Shown piece after piece: positions 24,115 to 35,475 of a stretch of 64,000 nt of DNA; the first letter of the stretch is position 1, and the number at the start of each line of letters is the position of its first letter. The DNA is from Thermoanaerobaculia bacterium. GTDB taxonomy: Bacteria; Acidobacteriota; Thermoanaerobaculia; Multivoradales; Multivoraceae. The notes below the pieces were generated by a model. It had not been told where the DNA came from and searched no databases. It saw only the letters and a list, made by a program, of their open reading frames with translations. The position numbers were made by a program, and so were the translations under genes. The DNA lies in assembly GCA_963666565.1 (NCBI GenBank), contig OY762911.1, positions 3,936,001 to 4,000,000 on the forward strand, read 5' to 3'.

Positions 24115-27081
24115 TCAGGCCGTCTTGTCGGCACGATAGTGCCTCCTACGGACTCCGTGCTCACCGTCCTCCTTCACGGCCGAGCTGCTCGCGTAGTCCG
24201 GCAGCAGCGCGGACACGCAACGGTCGAGTTCGGCCCAACCGCTCTCGGCGCCGTTCTCCTCCATCTTCCGCGCGGACTCCGCGACAGCCCGATGGACTTC
24301 GGAGTCCGGGTCGTACTTCGGCACGGGAACGTGCCGCCACGGCGATTTGTCGAAGTCGAGCTTCGAGGTCTTCCCCTCGCGCCACGCATCCTGCATGCAT
24401 TGCGCGTTCAGCACGCCGCAGAGGTAGAGGGCCTCCTCGTCCGCATCGAAGGCCGCCCAATACGTCTTCTGATTCCCCGTCTGCTCGATGGCAACGCGGG
24501 CCGCCCGCAACGTCTTGCCGGAGGCGTTGTACAACACCTTCCGGCGCTCGGAACCCGACCTGGCGAGTTGATTCGTCAGCGTCCGCTTGAAGTCCAGGTT
24601 CTCCGCCAGAGTGGCGCCCGCCTTCGCGGTCCGCCGCTCCCGGTAGATCGCCTCCGCGCGCTCCCAGAGCTCGGACGTGCGAGGGAAACGCGATCTGGCG
24701 TCCTCATCCACGGTCAGGTCGAGGACCGTTGCGCCGTCGCGCGGGGCGATGAGGAACGTGCAGACCGGCGCTGTCCCGAACGCCCGAAGCTCCTGCGAGC
24801 GCACTACGGGAAGAAGCGCCTGGGACTCGACGACTCCCTTGAGTTCGATTCCCTTCCACGGCCTCTTCGTGCCGAGCTTCGTTCGGACTTCCACGAGATC
24901 TCCGGCTTCGTGGCGGACCTCGACGGCGAGCAACAGGGGCTGCGGCTTGGACAAGGCGCCGATCCGGAACTCCCGCTCGTAGAGCGAGGGCCTGGAACGC
25001 CGCTTCGACAGCTCGACGATCTCGGCGGTCTCCAGCGGTCCTCGCCACTTGAGCACCTTCTCGACGCCATCGGTTCGCGGCGACACGCGTTCGCCGAGAA
25101 CGACGCAGGTTCCGTTCGGAGCGTGCGGAAAGACGGGCGGCGCCACGTCGTCCAGATTCCACGCCTCCGTATGGCGAACGGCGACGCCGGACCATCGCCC
25201 GCTCCGCCACGGTGCCCAGACGTCGTTGATCAGCGCGCTTCCGGGGAGAACCCACCCGTACCGGTTCAGCCCGTCCCGGTCCGACAAGTAGAGCCTCGTG
25301 GCCCGCGCGGTGAAGACCGACGCCAGATCGCCGCGGGCGCTCGTCTTCCTCTTCGGCTGAACGCCCTCGTCGATGCGCATCTCCTCGATCGCGTCCTTGC
25401 GCGGACCTTCGGGCGTGTAGGGCGACACCAGCCAAGGGGGATTGCCGATCAACCGGCCAACGCCCTGCTGTCCGAGTTGAAACAGGTCCGCGTTGTTCAG
25501 AAGATGCCAGCCCCAGACGTGGTCGCCTTCCGACTCGATCACGGCCGCCAGCGACGTTCGGAGTTCCGCGACGTCGGCGGCCGTCCGATCGTCGAGTTCG
25601 AGATCGGCCCGGTCCTCATCTTCCTTCTCCGCGGCCGAGGCACCGGTCACGCTGCCCCGGATCAACTCCAGCCGCTTGGGGTGCAGGGCGACCGATTTCG
25701 GAATCCAGAGGTTCCCGCCGCCGGGCGTCCGCAGCCGAACCCCGCGACCCCGGTCGATCTGCATCTCATGGGTGCGCATGGCGTCGCCCAGGACGACCCG
25801 CAAGTGGGGCAGGCCGCCGGAAGCGGATTGCGGCAACGCCATCGACAGGGTCGCCTTCGCCATCTCGGTCGCCACCGGGTGCAAATCGACGCCATGCAGC
25901 AGCAAGGCCACGATCTCGGCGGTGCTTCCGAGCAGCGGCTTGTGGGCAAGGCGGATTCGCCTGCCCAGGCGGCGGGCGGCGTGAAAGAGAAACGTGCCCG
26001 ACCCGCAGGAAGGGTCCAGGACGCCGAGATGCCGCGACGCCGGGGCATCTTCCGGGTTTCTCAGCAAGCGGTCCGCCTGCCGGATCGCGCAATCGCACCA
26101 CGCGTCGTCGAGAACCTCTTCGACGACTAGCTTCGCCAAATCGTCCGGCGTGTAGAACTCGCCGAAGACCTTCCTGTCCTCGGCGTCGATCAGCCCATGG
26201 TAGGCGTCCTTGAGCACGTCCTTCGTCGAGCCGCGCCAGTCGTACCCGCGGACTTGTTCGACCATCTCCGAGAGCAGTTCCCGTCCAGCGGGCGTCTCGG
26301 CAAGCCATCCCTGAAAACCGCCCGACGCCCGGTCCACGAGCGAGTCGGTGGAAGCGGCGGGATCGTCCAGGCAGCCGATCAGGATGCGCGCCGTTGCCAC
26401 CAGGAGGCTGTGCCGGGCGAAGGTGCGAGCCTGCGCGAGGGGAGTTTCTCCCGGCGGAGCGATTCCGGAACCCTCGAGCAGGCTTGCCCACAGCCCGAGC
26501 CGAGTCCTGTAGACCGCCTCGCCTTCGATGCGGCCCTGGAGATCGGCAACGCGCCCGAGGACCGGATCGAAGAGAGCATCCGCCAGGTTCTCCGGCGGGA
26601 GCTCCGGGTAACGCCTGCGCTCCACTCCGACCATGCGGGCCAGGAGACCGTCGAACCCCTGGGGGGTATCGGGCATGGGGCGACTTTGGATCTCGGGAAT
26701 CGGGCGCAACGCCCGCTGGCTGACGGACCATTCCCAGCCCCACCAGCGCCTCCCGTCCGTCAGGAAGCCGCGCCATTCCGGATCGCCGGACCGGGCGCGG
26801 TCCGGCGCCAGCGCGCGGAGGTAGCGCTCGACCTGGTCCTGCTGAGATTCCCCGGGCTTCGCCCCCGGCCTGCTCGGATGCGCCCGTCCGGGCGCCTTGG
26901 TCTCGACAAGGATGCGGGACGCTCGGGAGACCATGTCGACGGAACCGTCGCTCGACGACACTTCGAGGCTCCACGTACCGCCGCTCGCGGCGATGAACGC
27001 TGCCTGGAGCGCGCTCCGAACGTCGTCCTCGGTCCGGGCGCCGCGAAGCCGGCCGAGCGCCTCTTCCACGGCCACTCTCAT
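24115..27081 (-). CDS. Type IIG/IIL-like fused restriction endonuclease / N6-adenine methyltransferase
   Basis: N-terminal VD...LVETK (PD-(D/E)xK-like) and FLTDGRRW; GEFYTP, LDPSCGSGTF (motif I), GNPPW (motif IV); C-terminal YLCGVLN TRD-like region. ATG overlaps the lpdA stop. Confidence 0.85.
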   Translation of the reverse strand: MRVAVEEALGRLRGARTEDDVRSALQAAFIAASGGTWSLEVSSSDGSVDMVSRASRILVETKAPGRAHPSRPGAKPGESQQDQVERYLRALAPDRARSGDPEWRGFLTDGRRWWGWEWSVSQRALRPIPEIQSRPMPDTPQGFDGLLARMVGVERRRYPELPPENLADALFDPVLGRVADLQGRIEGEAVYRTRLGLWASLLEGSGIAPPGETPLAQARTFARHSLLVATARILIGCLDDPAASTDSLVDRASGGFQGWLAETPAGRELLSEMVEQVRGYDWRGSTKDVLKDAYHGLIDAEDRKVFGEFYTPDDLAKLVVEEVLDDAWCDCAIRQADRLLRNPEDAPASRHLGVLDPSCGSGTFLFHAARRLGRRIRLAHKPLLGSTAEIVALLLHGVDLHPVATEMAKATLSMALPQSASGGLPHLRVVLGDAMRTHEMQIDRGRGVRLRTPGGGNLWIPKSVALHPKRLELIRGSVTGASAAEKEDEDRADLELDDRTAADVAELRTSLAAVIESEGDHVWGWHLLNNADLFQLGQQGVGRLIGNPPWLVSPYTPEGPRKDAIEEMRIDEGVQPKRKTSARGDLASVFTARATRLYLSDRDGLNRYGWVLPGSALINDVWAPWRSGRWSGVAVRHTEAWNLDDVAPPVFPHAPNGTCVVLGERVSPRTDGVEKVLKWRGPLETAEIVELSKRRSRPSLYEREFRIGALSKPQPLLLAVEVRHEAGDLVEVRTKLGTKRPWKGIELKGVVESQALLPVVRSQELRAFGTAPVCTFLIAPRDGATVLDLTVDEDARSRFPRTSELWERAEAIYRERRTAKAGATLAENLDFKRTLTNQLARSGSERRKVLYNASGKTLRAARVAIEQTGNQKTYWAAFDADEEALYLCGVLNAQCMQDAWREGKTSKLDFDKSPWRHVPVPKYDPDSEVHRAVAESARKMEENGAESGWAELDRCVSALLPDYASSSAVKEDGEHGVRRRHYRADKTA

Positions 27082-28922
27082 TTGCGCTTCGGCCCGCGCC
27101 GCGGCAGGTAGAGGTCGGTGATCGTCCCCTCGTACGCTTCGGCGGCGAAGGCGACCGTCTCGGAGAGGGTCGGGTGCGGGTGGACGGTCAGCGCCAGGTC
27201 GGCGGCGTCCGCGTTCATCTCGATCGCGAGCGCCGCCTCGGCGATCAGGTCGCCGGCGTTCGTGCCGACGATGCCGGCGCCGACGATCCGGCCGGTGGCC
27301 GGGTCGAACAGGAGCTTGGTCAGGCCCTCGGCGCGGCCCAGGGTGAGGGCGCGACCGGAGGCGGCCCAGGGGAAGACGGCCTTCTCACAGGCAGTGCCGT
27401 TCTCGCGGGCCTCGGTCTCGGTCAGGCCGACCCAGGCCACCTCCGGGTCGGTGTAGGCGACGGACGGGATCACCCGCGCCTCGAAGCCGCTCTTCTCTCC
27501 CGCCGCCACCTCGGCCGCGACCTTGCCTTCGTGGGTCGCCTTGTGGGCGAGCATGGGGCCCGGCACGAGGTCGCCGATCGCGAAGATGTGGGGGACGTTC
27601 GTGCGCTGCTGGTCGTCCACCGGAACGAAGCCGCGTCCATCGACCCGGACGCCCGCCGCCTCGGCGCCGAAGCGGTCGCCGTTGGGACGGCGGCCGACGG
27701 CGACCAGGACGCGCCCGAACAGGCCGGAGCGGGCTTCGCCGTCGTCGTCCTCCATCGACGCCATGAGTCCGTTCTTCTGCGCCCTCACTCCGGTCAACCG
27801 GGTCCCGGTGTGGATGTCCTCCAGCCGCTTGCCCAGGCGGCGCTGGAGCGGACGAACCAGATCGCGGTCGACGCCGGTCAGAAGCTGCGGCAGCAGTTCG
27901 ACGACCGTCACGCGGTAACCGAGAGCGGCGTACACCGTCGCCATCTCCAGGCCGATGATGCCGCCGCCGACCACCAGCAGCCTGCCGCCCGGCTGGAAGT
28001 CCGGGTCGAGGGCCAGCGCATCGGTCGAGTCCCAGACGCGCGGGTCGCCTTCCGGCAGGCCGGGGATCGTCGCCGGCCGCGAACCGACCGCGACGATCGC
28101 CTGGCCGAAGCTCAGGGTGCGCCGGCCGCCGTCGCCGTCCTCGATCTCGACTTCATGGGGACCGACGAACCGGCCGCGGCCGCGCACCACCTCGACCTTC
28201 CGCCGCCCGGCGAGCTGCGCCAGGCCGCCGGTCAGCCGGCCCACGACCTCGTCCTTCCAGCCGCCGAGCCTGGCCCGGTCGATGGCGGGCTCGCCGAAGT
28301 CGATGCCATGGGCCGCGAAGTCCGCCGCCTCGTCGATCACCCTGGCCGCGTGCAGCAGCGCCTTCGACGGAATGCAGCCGACGTTCAGACACACGCCGCC
28401 CAGGTTCGCGTGCGGCTCCACGAGCACGACCTGGCGGCCCAGGTCCGCCGCGCGGAAGGCGGCCGTGTAGCCGCCTGGGCCCGCGCCCAGCACCAGGACC
28501 TCGGCGTCGACGTTCTGCTGCGGGCCGGCAGCCGAAGGCCCAGCCGCCGGCGCCGCAGCCGCCGGCCCGCCGGCCGTCTCCATCTCCGCCGACCGCGCGG
28601 GCGCGGTCCCGCCCTCGGGCGCCTCCGGCGGCGCGTGCGGATGTCGCGGCCGCTCGGCCCGGTGGTCCGGGTGCGATTCGTCGTCGGCATCGAGCACCAC
28701 GATGAGGTCCCCCTCCGACACCTTGTCGCCCAGCGCCACCGCGACTTCCAGCACCACGCCGCAATGCGGCGACGGCACCTCCATCGACGCCTTGTCGCTC
28801 TCCAGCGTGATCAGCCCGGCCTCGGCGTCGACGTGCTCGCCGGGCGAAACGAGGACCTCGACGACGTCGACGGAGTCGAAGTCGCCGATGTCGGGGACGA
28901 CGATGCGGACCGGCTCGGTCAA
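27078..28922 (-). CDS. lpdA: Dihydrolipoyl dehydrogenase with N-terminal lipoyl domain
   Basis: LESDKASMEVP, GAGPGGY, GGVCLNVGCIPSK, GGGIIGLE, HPHPTLSE. TTG start overlaps the aceF stop. Confidence 0.96.
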   Translation of the reverse strand: MTEPVRIVVPDIGDFDSVDVVEVLVSPGEHVDAEAGLITLESDKASMEVPSPHCGVVLEVAVALGDKVSEGDLIVVLDADDESHPDHRAERPRHPHAPPEAPEGGTAPARSAEMETAGGPAAAAPAAGPSAAGPQQNVDAEVLVLGAGPGGYTAAFRAADLGRQVVLVEPHANLGGVCLNVGCIPSKALLHAARVIDEAADFAAHGIDFGEPAIDRARLGGWKDEVVGRLTGGLAQLAGRRKVEVVRGRGRFVGPHEVEIEDGDGGRRTLSFGQAIVAVGSRPATIPGLPEGDPRVWDSTDALALDPDFQPGGRLLVVGGGIIGLEMATVYAALGYRVTVVELLPQLLTGVDRDLVRPLQRRLGKRLEDIHTGTRLTGVRAQKNGLMASMEDDDGEARSGLFGRVLVAVGRRPNGDRFGAEAAGVRVDGRGFVPVDDQQRTNVPHIFAIGDLVPGPMLAHKATHEGKVAAEVAAGEKSGFEARVIPSVAYTDPEVAWVGLTETEARENGTACEKAVFPWAASGRALTLGRAEGLTKLLFDPATGRIVGAGIVGTNAGDLIAEAALAIEMNADAADLALTVHPHPTLSETVAFAAEAYEGTITDLYLPRRGPKRK

Positions 28923-30304
28923 AGCACGACCCGGCGGAAGTCGGCCAGCGCCGAGCACAGGTGGGACGTGAAGCGCACCGCGTAGGCGCCGTCGATCACC
29001 CGGTGGTCGTACGACAGCGAGACCGGGAGCATCAGCCGCGGCGCGAAGCCCGCCCCGACGTACACCGGCCGCCGCACGGCGCGCGAGACGCCGAGGATGC
29101 CGACCTCCGGCGCGTTGACGATCGGCGTGAACGCGGTGCCGCCGATGCCGCCCAGGCTGGAGATGGTGAAGGTGGCGCCCTGGATGTCGGCTGGCCGGAG
29201 CTTCCGTTCCCGCGCCCGGCCGCTGACCTCGCCCAGTTCGCCCGCCAGTTCGTAGACGCTCTTGCGGTCGACGTCGCGCACCACCGGCACGACCAGGCCG
29301 TCCGGCGTGTCGACCGCGACGCCCAGGTGGAAGTAGCGCTTGAGGATCAGCGACTCGCCGTCCGGTGCGAGCGACGAGTTCATCTCCGGGAACTCGGCAA
29401 GCGACGCCGCGACCGCCTTCATCAGGAAGGCGAGGAGCGTGAGCCGCACGCCGCGCTCGCGCGCCTCCGCCAGGTGCGCGCGGCGGAACGCCTCCAGATC
29501 CGTGATGTCCGCCTCGTCGTGCTGCGTGACGTGCGGGACGTTGAGCCAGCTCCGGTGCAGGTTGGCCGCCGAGAGCTTCCGGATGCGGCTGAGCGGCTTC
29601 GATTCGACCGGACCGAACTTCGAGAAGTCGATCTCCGGGACCGGCGGGATGCCGGCGCCCGCGGCGGCGGGTCCACCGCCCGTTAGTGCCTCCTTGACGA
29701 AGCCCTCGACGTCCTCGCGCAGGATCCGGCCCTTGGCGCCGCTGCCCGAGACCCGGCGGAGATCGACGCCCAGCAACCGGGCGAAGCGCCGAATCGCCGG
29801 GCTGGCGTGCGGCGGGCTCGCCGACCCGGCAGGGCCGGCGGCGGCGGGCGGCGGCGGGCGGCGGCCGCGACGCGACGCGCCTCGCGGCGCCGCGGAAGAC
29901 GCTGGCTCGCGGCTGGCGGCGGCAGACGCCGGCAGGTATCCCGACGGCGGAGGCGTCTCCGGCGCGGCCGCAGCGCCGGACCCCGCCCGCGCGGCCGGTG
30001 CGGACGGGGCGTCGTCCGCCCCGGCCCCCTCCGGCGCCTCCGCCGCTTCCTCCGGCACCGCCTCCGCCGCCTCGATCGTCAGGATCAGATCGCCCTCGCC
30101 GACCTGGCCGCCGAGTTCCACCGCGATCTCGACCACGCGGCCGGCCGCCGGCGACGGCACCTCCATCGACGCCTTGTCGCTCTCCAAGGTGATGAGGGAC
30201 TGGTCGACCGAGACCTCGTCGCCTACGGCGACCAGCACCTCGACGACGTCGACCTGGTCGAAGTCGCCGATGTCGGGTACGACGACGGGAAGGGCGTCGC
30301 TCAC
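28919..30304 (-). CDS. aceF: Pyruvate dehydrogenase E2 (dihydrolipoamide acetyltransferase)
   Basis: Lipoyl motif ESDKAS, HASPAIRRFAR, FTISSLGGIGG, SYDHRVIDGA. GTG 30304 overlaps the aceE stop. Confidence 0.96.
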   Translation of the reverse strand: MSDALPVVVPDIGDFDQVDVVEVLVAVGDEVSVDQSLITLESDKASMEVPSPAAGRVVEIAVELGGQVGEGDLILTIEAAEAVPEEAAEAPEGAGADDAPSAPAARAGSGAAAAPETPPPSGYLPASAAASREPASSAAPRGASRRGRRPPPPAAAGPAGSASPPHASPAIRRFARLLGVDLRRVSGSGAKGRILREDVEGFVKEALTGGGPAAAGAGIPPVPEIDFSKFGPVESKPLSRIRKLSAANLHRSWLNVPHVTQHDEADITDLEAFRRAHLAEARERGVRLTLLAFLMKAVAASLAEFPEMNSSLAPDGESLILKRYFHLGVAVDTPDGLVVPVVRDVDRKSVYELAGELGEVSGRARERKLRPADIQGATFTISSLGGIGGTAFTPIVNAPEVGILGVSRAVRRPVYVGAGFAPRLMLPVSLSYDHRVIDGAYAVRFTSHLCSALADFRRVVL

Positions 30305-32991
30305 GCCGTCGCCGGGTTCGGTGCGTTCGGGTCGATGCCGTAGGCGGCGATCGCCTTCGCCGGCGCTTCCGCTTCGATCTCGCCGCTCTCGGCCAGCGAC
30401 GCGAGCGCCGCCACCGCGATGTGCCGCCGGTCGACCTCGAAGAAGGACCGCAACTCCTCGCGGGTGTCGCTGCGGCCGAAGCCGTCCGTGCCGAGCGTCC
30501 GGTACGGGCCCGGCACGAAGGCCCGGATCTGGTCCGTGTAGACCTTCATGTAGTCGCTCGCGGCGACCGTCACGCCGCCGCGGCCCGCCAGGCACTGGCG
30601 CACGTACGAGACCCGCTTCTCCTCGCCCGGGTGGAGGCGGTTCCAGCGCTCCACCTCGATGCCGTCCCGCCGCAGCTCGTTGAAGCTGGTCGCCGACCAC
30701 ACCTCGGCCGACACCTTCCAGTCCGCCTCCAGCATCTCGGCGGCGGCCTCCGCCTCGCGCAGGATCGCGCCCGAGCCGAGCAGCGTGGCGCGCTTCCGGT
30801 GCCGCGAACCGGGACGGATCCGGTACAGCCCGCGCCGGATGCCGTCCTCGGCGCCCTCGGGCATTCTCGGGTGCTCGTAGTTCTCGTTCAGCGTCGTCAG
30901 GTAGCAGAACACCGGCTCGCCGTCCGCGTACATCCGGCGCAAACCGTCCTGGAGGATCACCGCGAGCTCGTAGGCATAGGTCGGGTCGTAGGAGACGCAG
31001 TTCGGCACGGTCGACGCGGCCAGATGGCTGTGGCCGTCCTGGTGCTGCAGGCCCTCGCCGTTCAGCGTCGTCCGCCCGGACGTGCCGCCGATGAGAAACC
31101 CCCGCGCCTGCATGTCGGCGGCGGCCCAGATCAGGTCGCCGACCCGCTGGAACCCGAACATCGAGTAGAAGATGAAGAACGGGATCATGTGGAAGCCGTG
31201 GTTCGCGGCCGACGTGCCCGCCGCCATCCAGGAACAGAGCGCGCCCGCCTCGTTGATCCCCTCCTGGAGGATCTGGCCGTCGCGCGCCTCCCGGTACGGC
31301 GCGATCTTGTGGGCGTCCACCGGCTCGTAGAGCTGGCCGGTCGGCGCGTAGATGCCGAGCTGCCGGAACATCCCCTCCATGCCGAAGGTGCGCGCCTCGT
31401 CGGCGACGATGGGAACCAGGCGGTCGCGGACCGCCGGGTTGCGGGTAAGCAGCGTCAGCAGGCGCACGAACGCCAGCGTGGTCGAGAACCGGCGGCCGCG
31501 GCTCGAGCGCAGCAGCGCGTCGAAGGCGTCGAGACCGGGCACTTCGAGCGGCTCGGCCTCGAGCGCACGCGCCGGCAGGTAGCCGCCCAGGGCCTCGCGG
31601 CGTTCCTTCAGATAGCGGATCTCCGCGCTGTCGTCCGGCGGGCGGTAGAACGGCGTCTCCTCCAGTTCCTCGTCGGACACCGGGATGTCCAGCCGGTCGC
31701 GAAACCCCATCAGCGCCCGTTGCCCCATCTTCTTCTGCTGGTGGGTGATGTTCATCCCCTCGCCGGCCTCGCCCATGCCGTAGCCCTTGACCGTCTTGGC
31801 CAGGATGACCGTCGGCTGCCCGGTGTGCGCAACGGCCGCCGAGTAGGCGGCGTAGATCTTGTGCGGGTCGTGGCCGCCGCGGTTCAGGCGCCAGAGGTCC
31901 TCGTCGGTCAGGTGGGCGACCATCGCCTTGAGTTCCGGGTACTTGCCGAAGAAGTGCTCGCGCACGAAGCCGCCGTCCTGGCTCGCCTTGTACGCCTGGT
32001 ACTCGCCGTCGACGACCTCCTCCATGCGCCGGCGCAGCAGGCCGGTGCGGTCGCGGGCGAGCAGCGGATCCCAGTAGGAGCCCCAGATCAGCTTGATCAC
32101 GTTCCAGCCGGCGCCCCGGAACACCGCCTCCAGTTCCTGGATGATCTTGCCGTTGCCGCGCACCGGGCCGTCGAGCCGCTGCAGGTTGCAGTTGACGACG
32201 AAGATCAGGTTGTCGAGGTTCTCCCGCGAGGCCAGGGAGATGGAACCGAGGGACTCCGGCTCGTCCATCTCGCCGTCGCCCATGAAGGCCCAGACCTTGC
32301 GGCCCGCCGTGTCGACCAGGCCGCGGTCGTGCAGGTACTTCATGAACCGGGCCTGGTAGATCGCCATCAGCGGTCCGAGGCCCATCGAGACCGTCGGGTA
32401 CTGCCAGAAGCCGGGCATCAGCCACGGGTGCGGGTAGGACGAGAGGCCGCCCGGCCGCGCCTCGCGCCGGAAGCGGAGCAGGTCCTCCTCGGTCAGGCGG
32501 CCCTCGAGGAAGGCGCGGGCGTAGATGCCGGGCGAAGAGTGTCCCTGGATCATCACCAGGTCGCCGCCGTGGTCCTCGGACGGGGCGTGGAAGAAGTGGT
32601 TGAAGCCCACGTCGTAGAGCGTCGCGGCCGAGGCGAAGGACGCGATGTGCCCGCCCAGTCCCTCGTAGTCGTGGTTCGCGCGGACCACCATCGCCATCGC
32701 GTTCCAGCGGACGATGCTGCGAATCCGCCATTCCAGGTCGGCGTCGCCGGGCGACGGTTCCTGCGCCCTCACCGGGATCGTGTTCAGGTACGCCGTGGTC
32801 GCCTTGTAGGGCAGGTAGGCGCCGGACCGGCGAGCCTGGTCGACCAGGGCTTCGAGCAGGAAGTGGGCGCGCTCCGGCCCTTCGCGCTGCATCACCGCGT
32901 CGAGGGCTTCGAGCCACTCGGCGGTCTCCGCCGGGTCGACGTCTTGGCGGGCCGGGTCCGCCCTGAGCCTGTTGGTGGGATCCATGTCCAT
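30301..32991 (-). CDS. aceE: Pyruvate dehydrogenase E1, homodimeric type
   Basis: GGHIASFAS, SSYPHPWLMP, GDGEMDEPES, NCNLQRLDGPV, YSMFGFQR, GEGLQHQDG. Confidence 0.97.
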   Translation of the reverse strand: MDMDPTNRLRADPARQDVDPAETAEWLEALDAVMQREGPERAHFLLEALVDQARRSGAYLPYKATTAYLNTIPVRAQEPSPGDADLEWRIRSIVRWNAMAMVVRANHDYEGLGGHIASFASAATLYDVGFNHFFHAPSEDHGGDLVMIQGHSSPGIYARAFLEGRLTEEDLLRFRREARPGGLSSYPHPWLMPGFWQYPTVSMGLGPLMAIYQARFMKYLHDRGLVDTAGRKVWAFMGDGEMDEPESLGSISLASRENLDNLIFVVNCNLQRLDGPVRGNGKIIQELEAVFRGAGWNVIKLIWGSYWDPLLARDRTGLLRRRMEEVVDGEYQAYKASQDGGFVREHFFGKYPELKAMVAHLTDEDLWRLNRGGHDPHKIYAAYSAAVAHTGQPTVILAKTVKGYGMGEAGEGMNITHQQKKMGQRALMGFRDRLDIPVSDEELEETPFYRPPDDSAEIRYLKERREALGGYLPARALEAEPLEVPGLDAFDALLRSSRGRRFSTTLAFVRLLTLLTRNPAVRDRLVPIVADEARTFGMEGMFRQLGIYAPTGQLYEPVDAHKIAPYREARDGQILQEGINEAGALCSWMAAGTSAANHGFHMIPFFIFYSMFGFQRVGDLIWAAADMQARGFLIGGTSGRTTLNGEGLQHQDGHSHLAASTVPNCVSYDPTYAYELAVILQDGLRRMYADGEPVFCYLTTLNENYEHPRMPEGAEDGIRRGLYRIRPGSRHRKRATLLGSGAILREAEAAAEMLEADWKVSAEVWSATSFNELRRDGIEVERWNRLHPGEEKRVSYVRQCLAGRGGVTVAASDYMKVYTDQIRAFVPGPYRTLGTDGFGRSDTREELRSFFEVDRRHIAVAALASLAESGEIEAEAPAKAIAAYGIDPNAPNPATA

Positions 32992-33060
32992 CTCGATGCG
33001 ATCCGAGGCCCTCGGATTCTATTCGCCCGAGCGGGCGCCGGAACGGCGCCGGCCTGACAG

Positions 33061-33121
33061 CCCGCGCGTCTTTCTGGCCGCCTCCGGCGGCAGCGGGTCA
33101 GGAGACCCGCGCACCCGGCAG
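33061..33121 (+). repeat. Family A REP-like repeat
   Basis: CCCGCGCGTCTTTCT-GGCCGCCTCCGGCGGCAGCGGGTCAGGAGACCCGCGCACCCGGCAG, between divergent aceE and thiC. Confidence 0.88.
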
Positions 33122-33171
33122 ACGGGCGGTTCCACGCGCGTCAGCGTGGCGGGAGCGGCACGGGCTGCTAA

Positions 33172-35205
<2,034 letters not shown>

Positions 35206-35475
35206 CTGAGCTTCCATGACATAGGCAGCGTCATGGCCGCCAACCGAGCGAACCTCCGCGAACTGACGAACCCCAGGCGTAACCCGAGACCACCTCCCCG
35301 CGTTGCGCCTGCCGCCCACAGATCGGGGCCGCGCCGCTGTAGTACGCTGAGTCAAAGTGGTTGATCCTGCGGGAGCAGATGCAGCAGGATGGGACCCTAA
35401 AGTCACGCTGCGACGGGGCTGACTAGCGCCCGCAGCGACCATGAGAACAAGACCTACCGGGAAGCACTACCGGAA

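Noticed and set aside
28500-30080. Ala/Pro-rich segments in LpdA and AceF as novel insertions
   Set aside because: Flexible Ala/Pro linkers next to lipoyl domains are normal for these enzymes.
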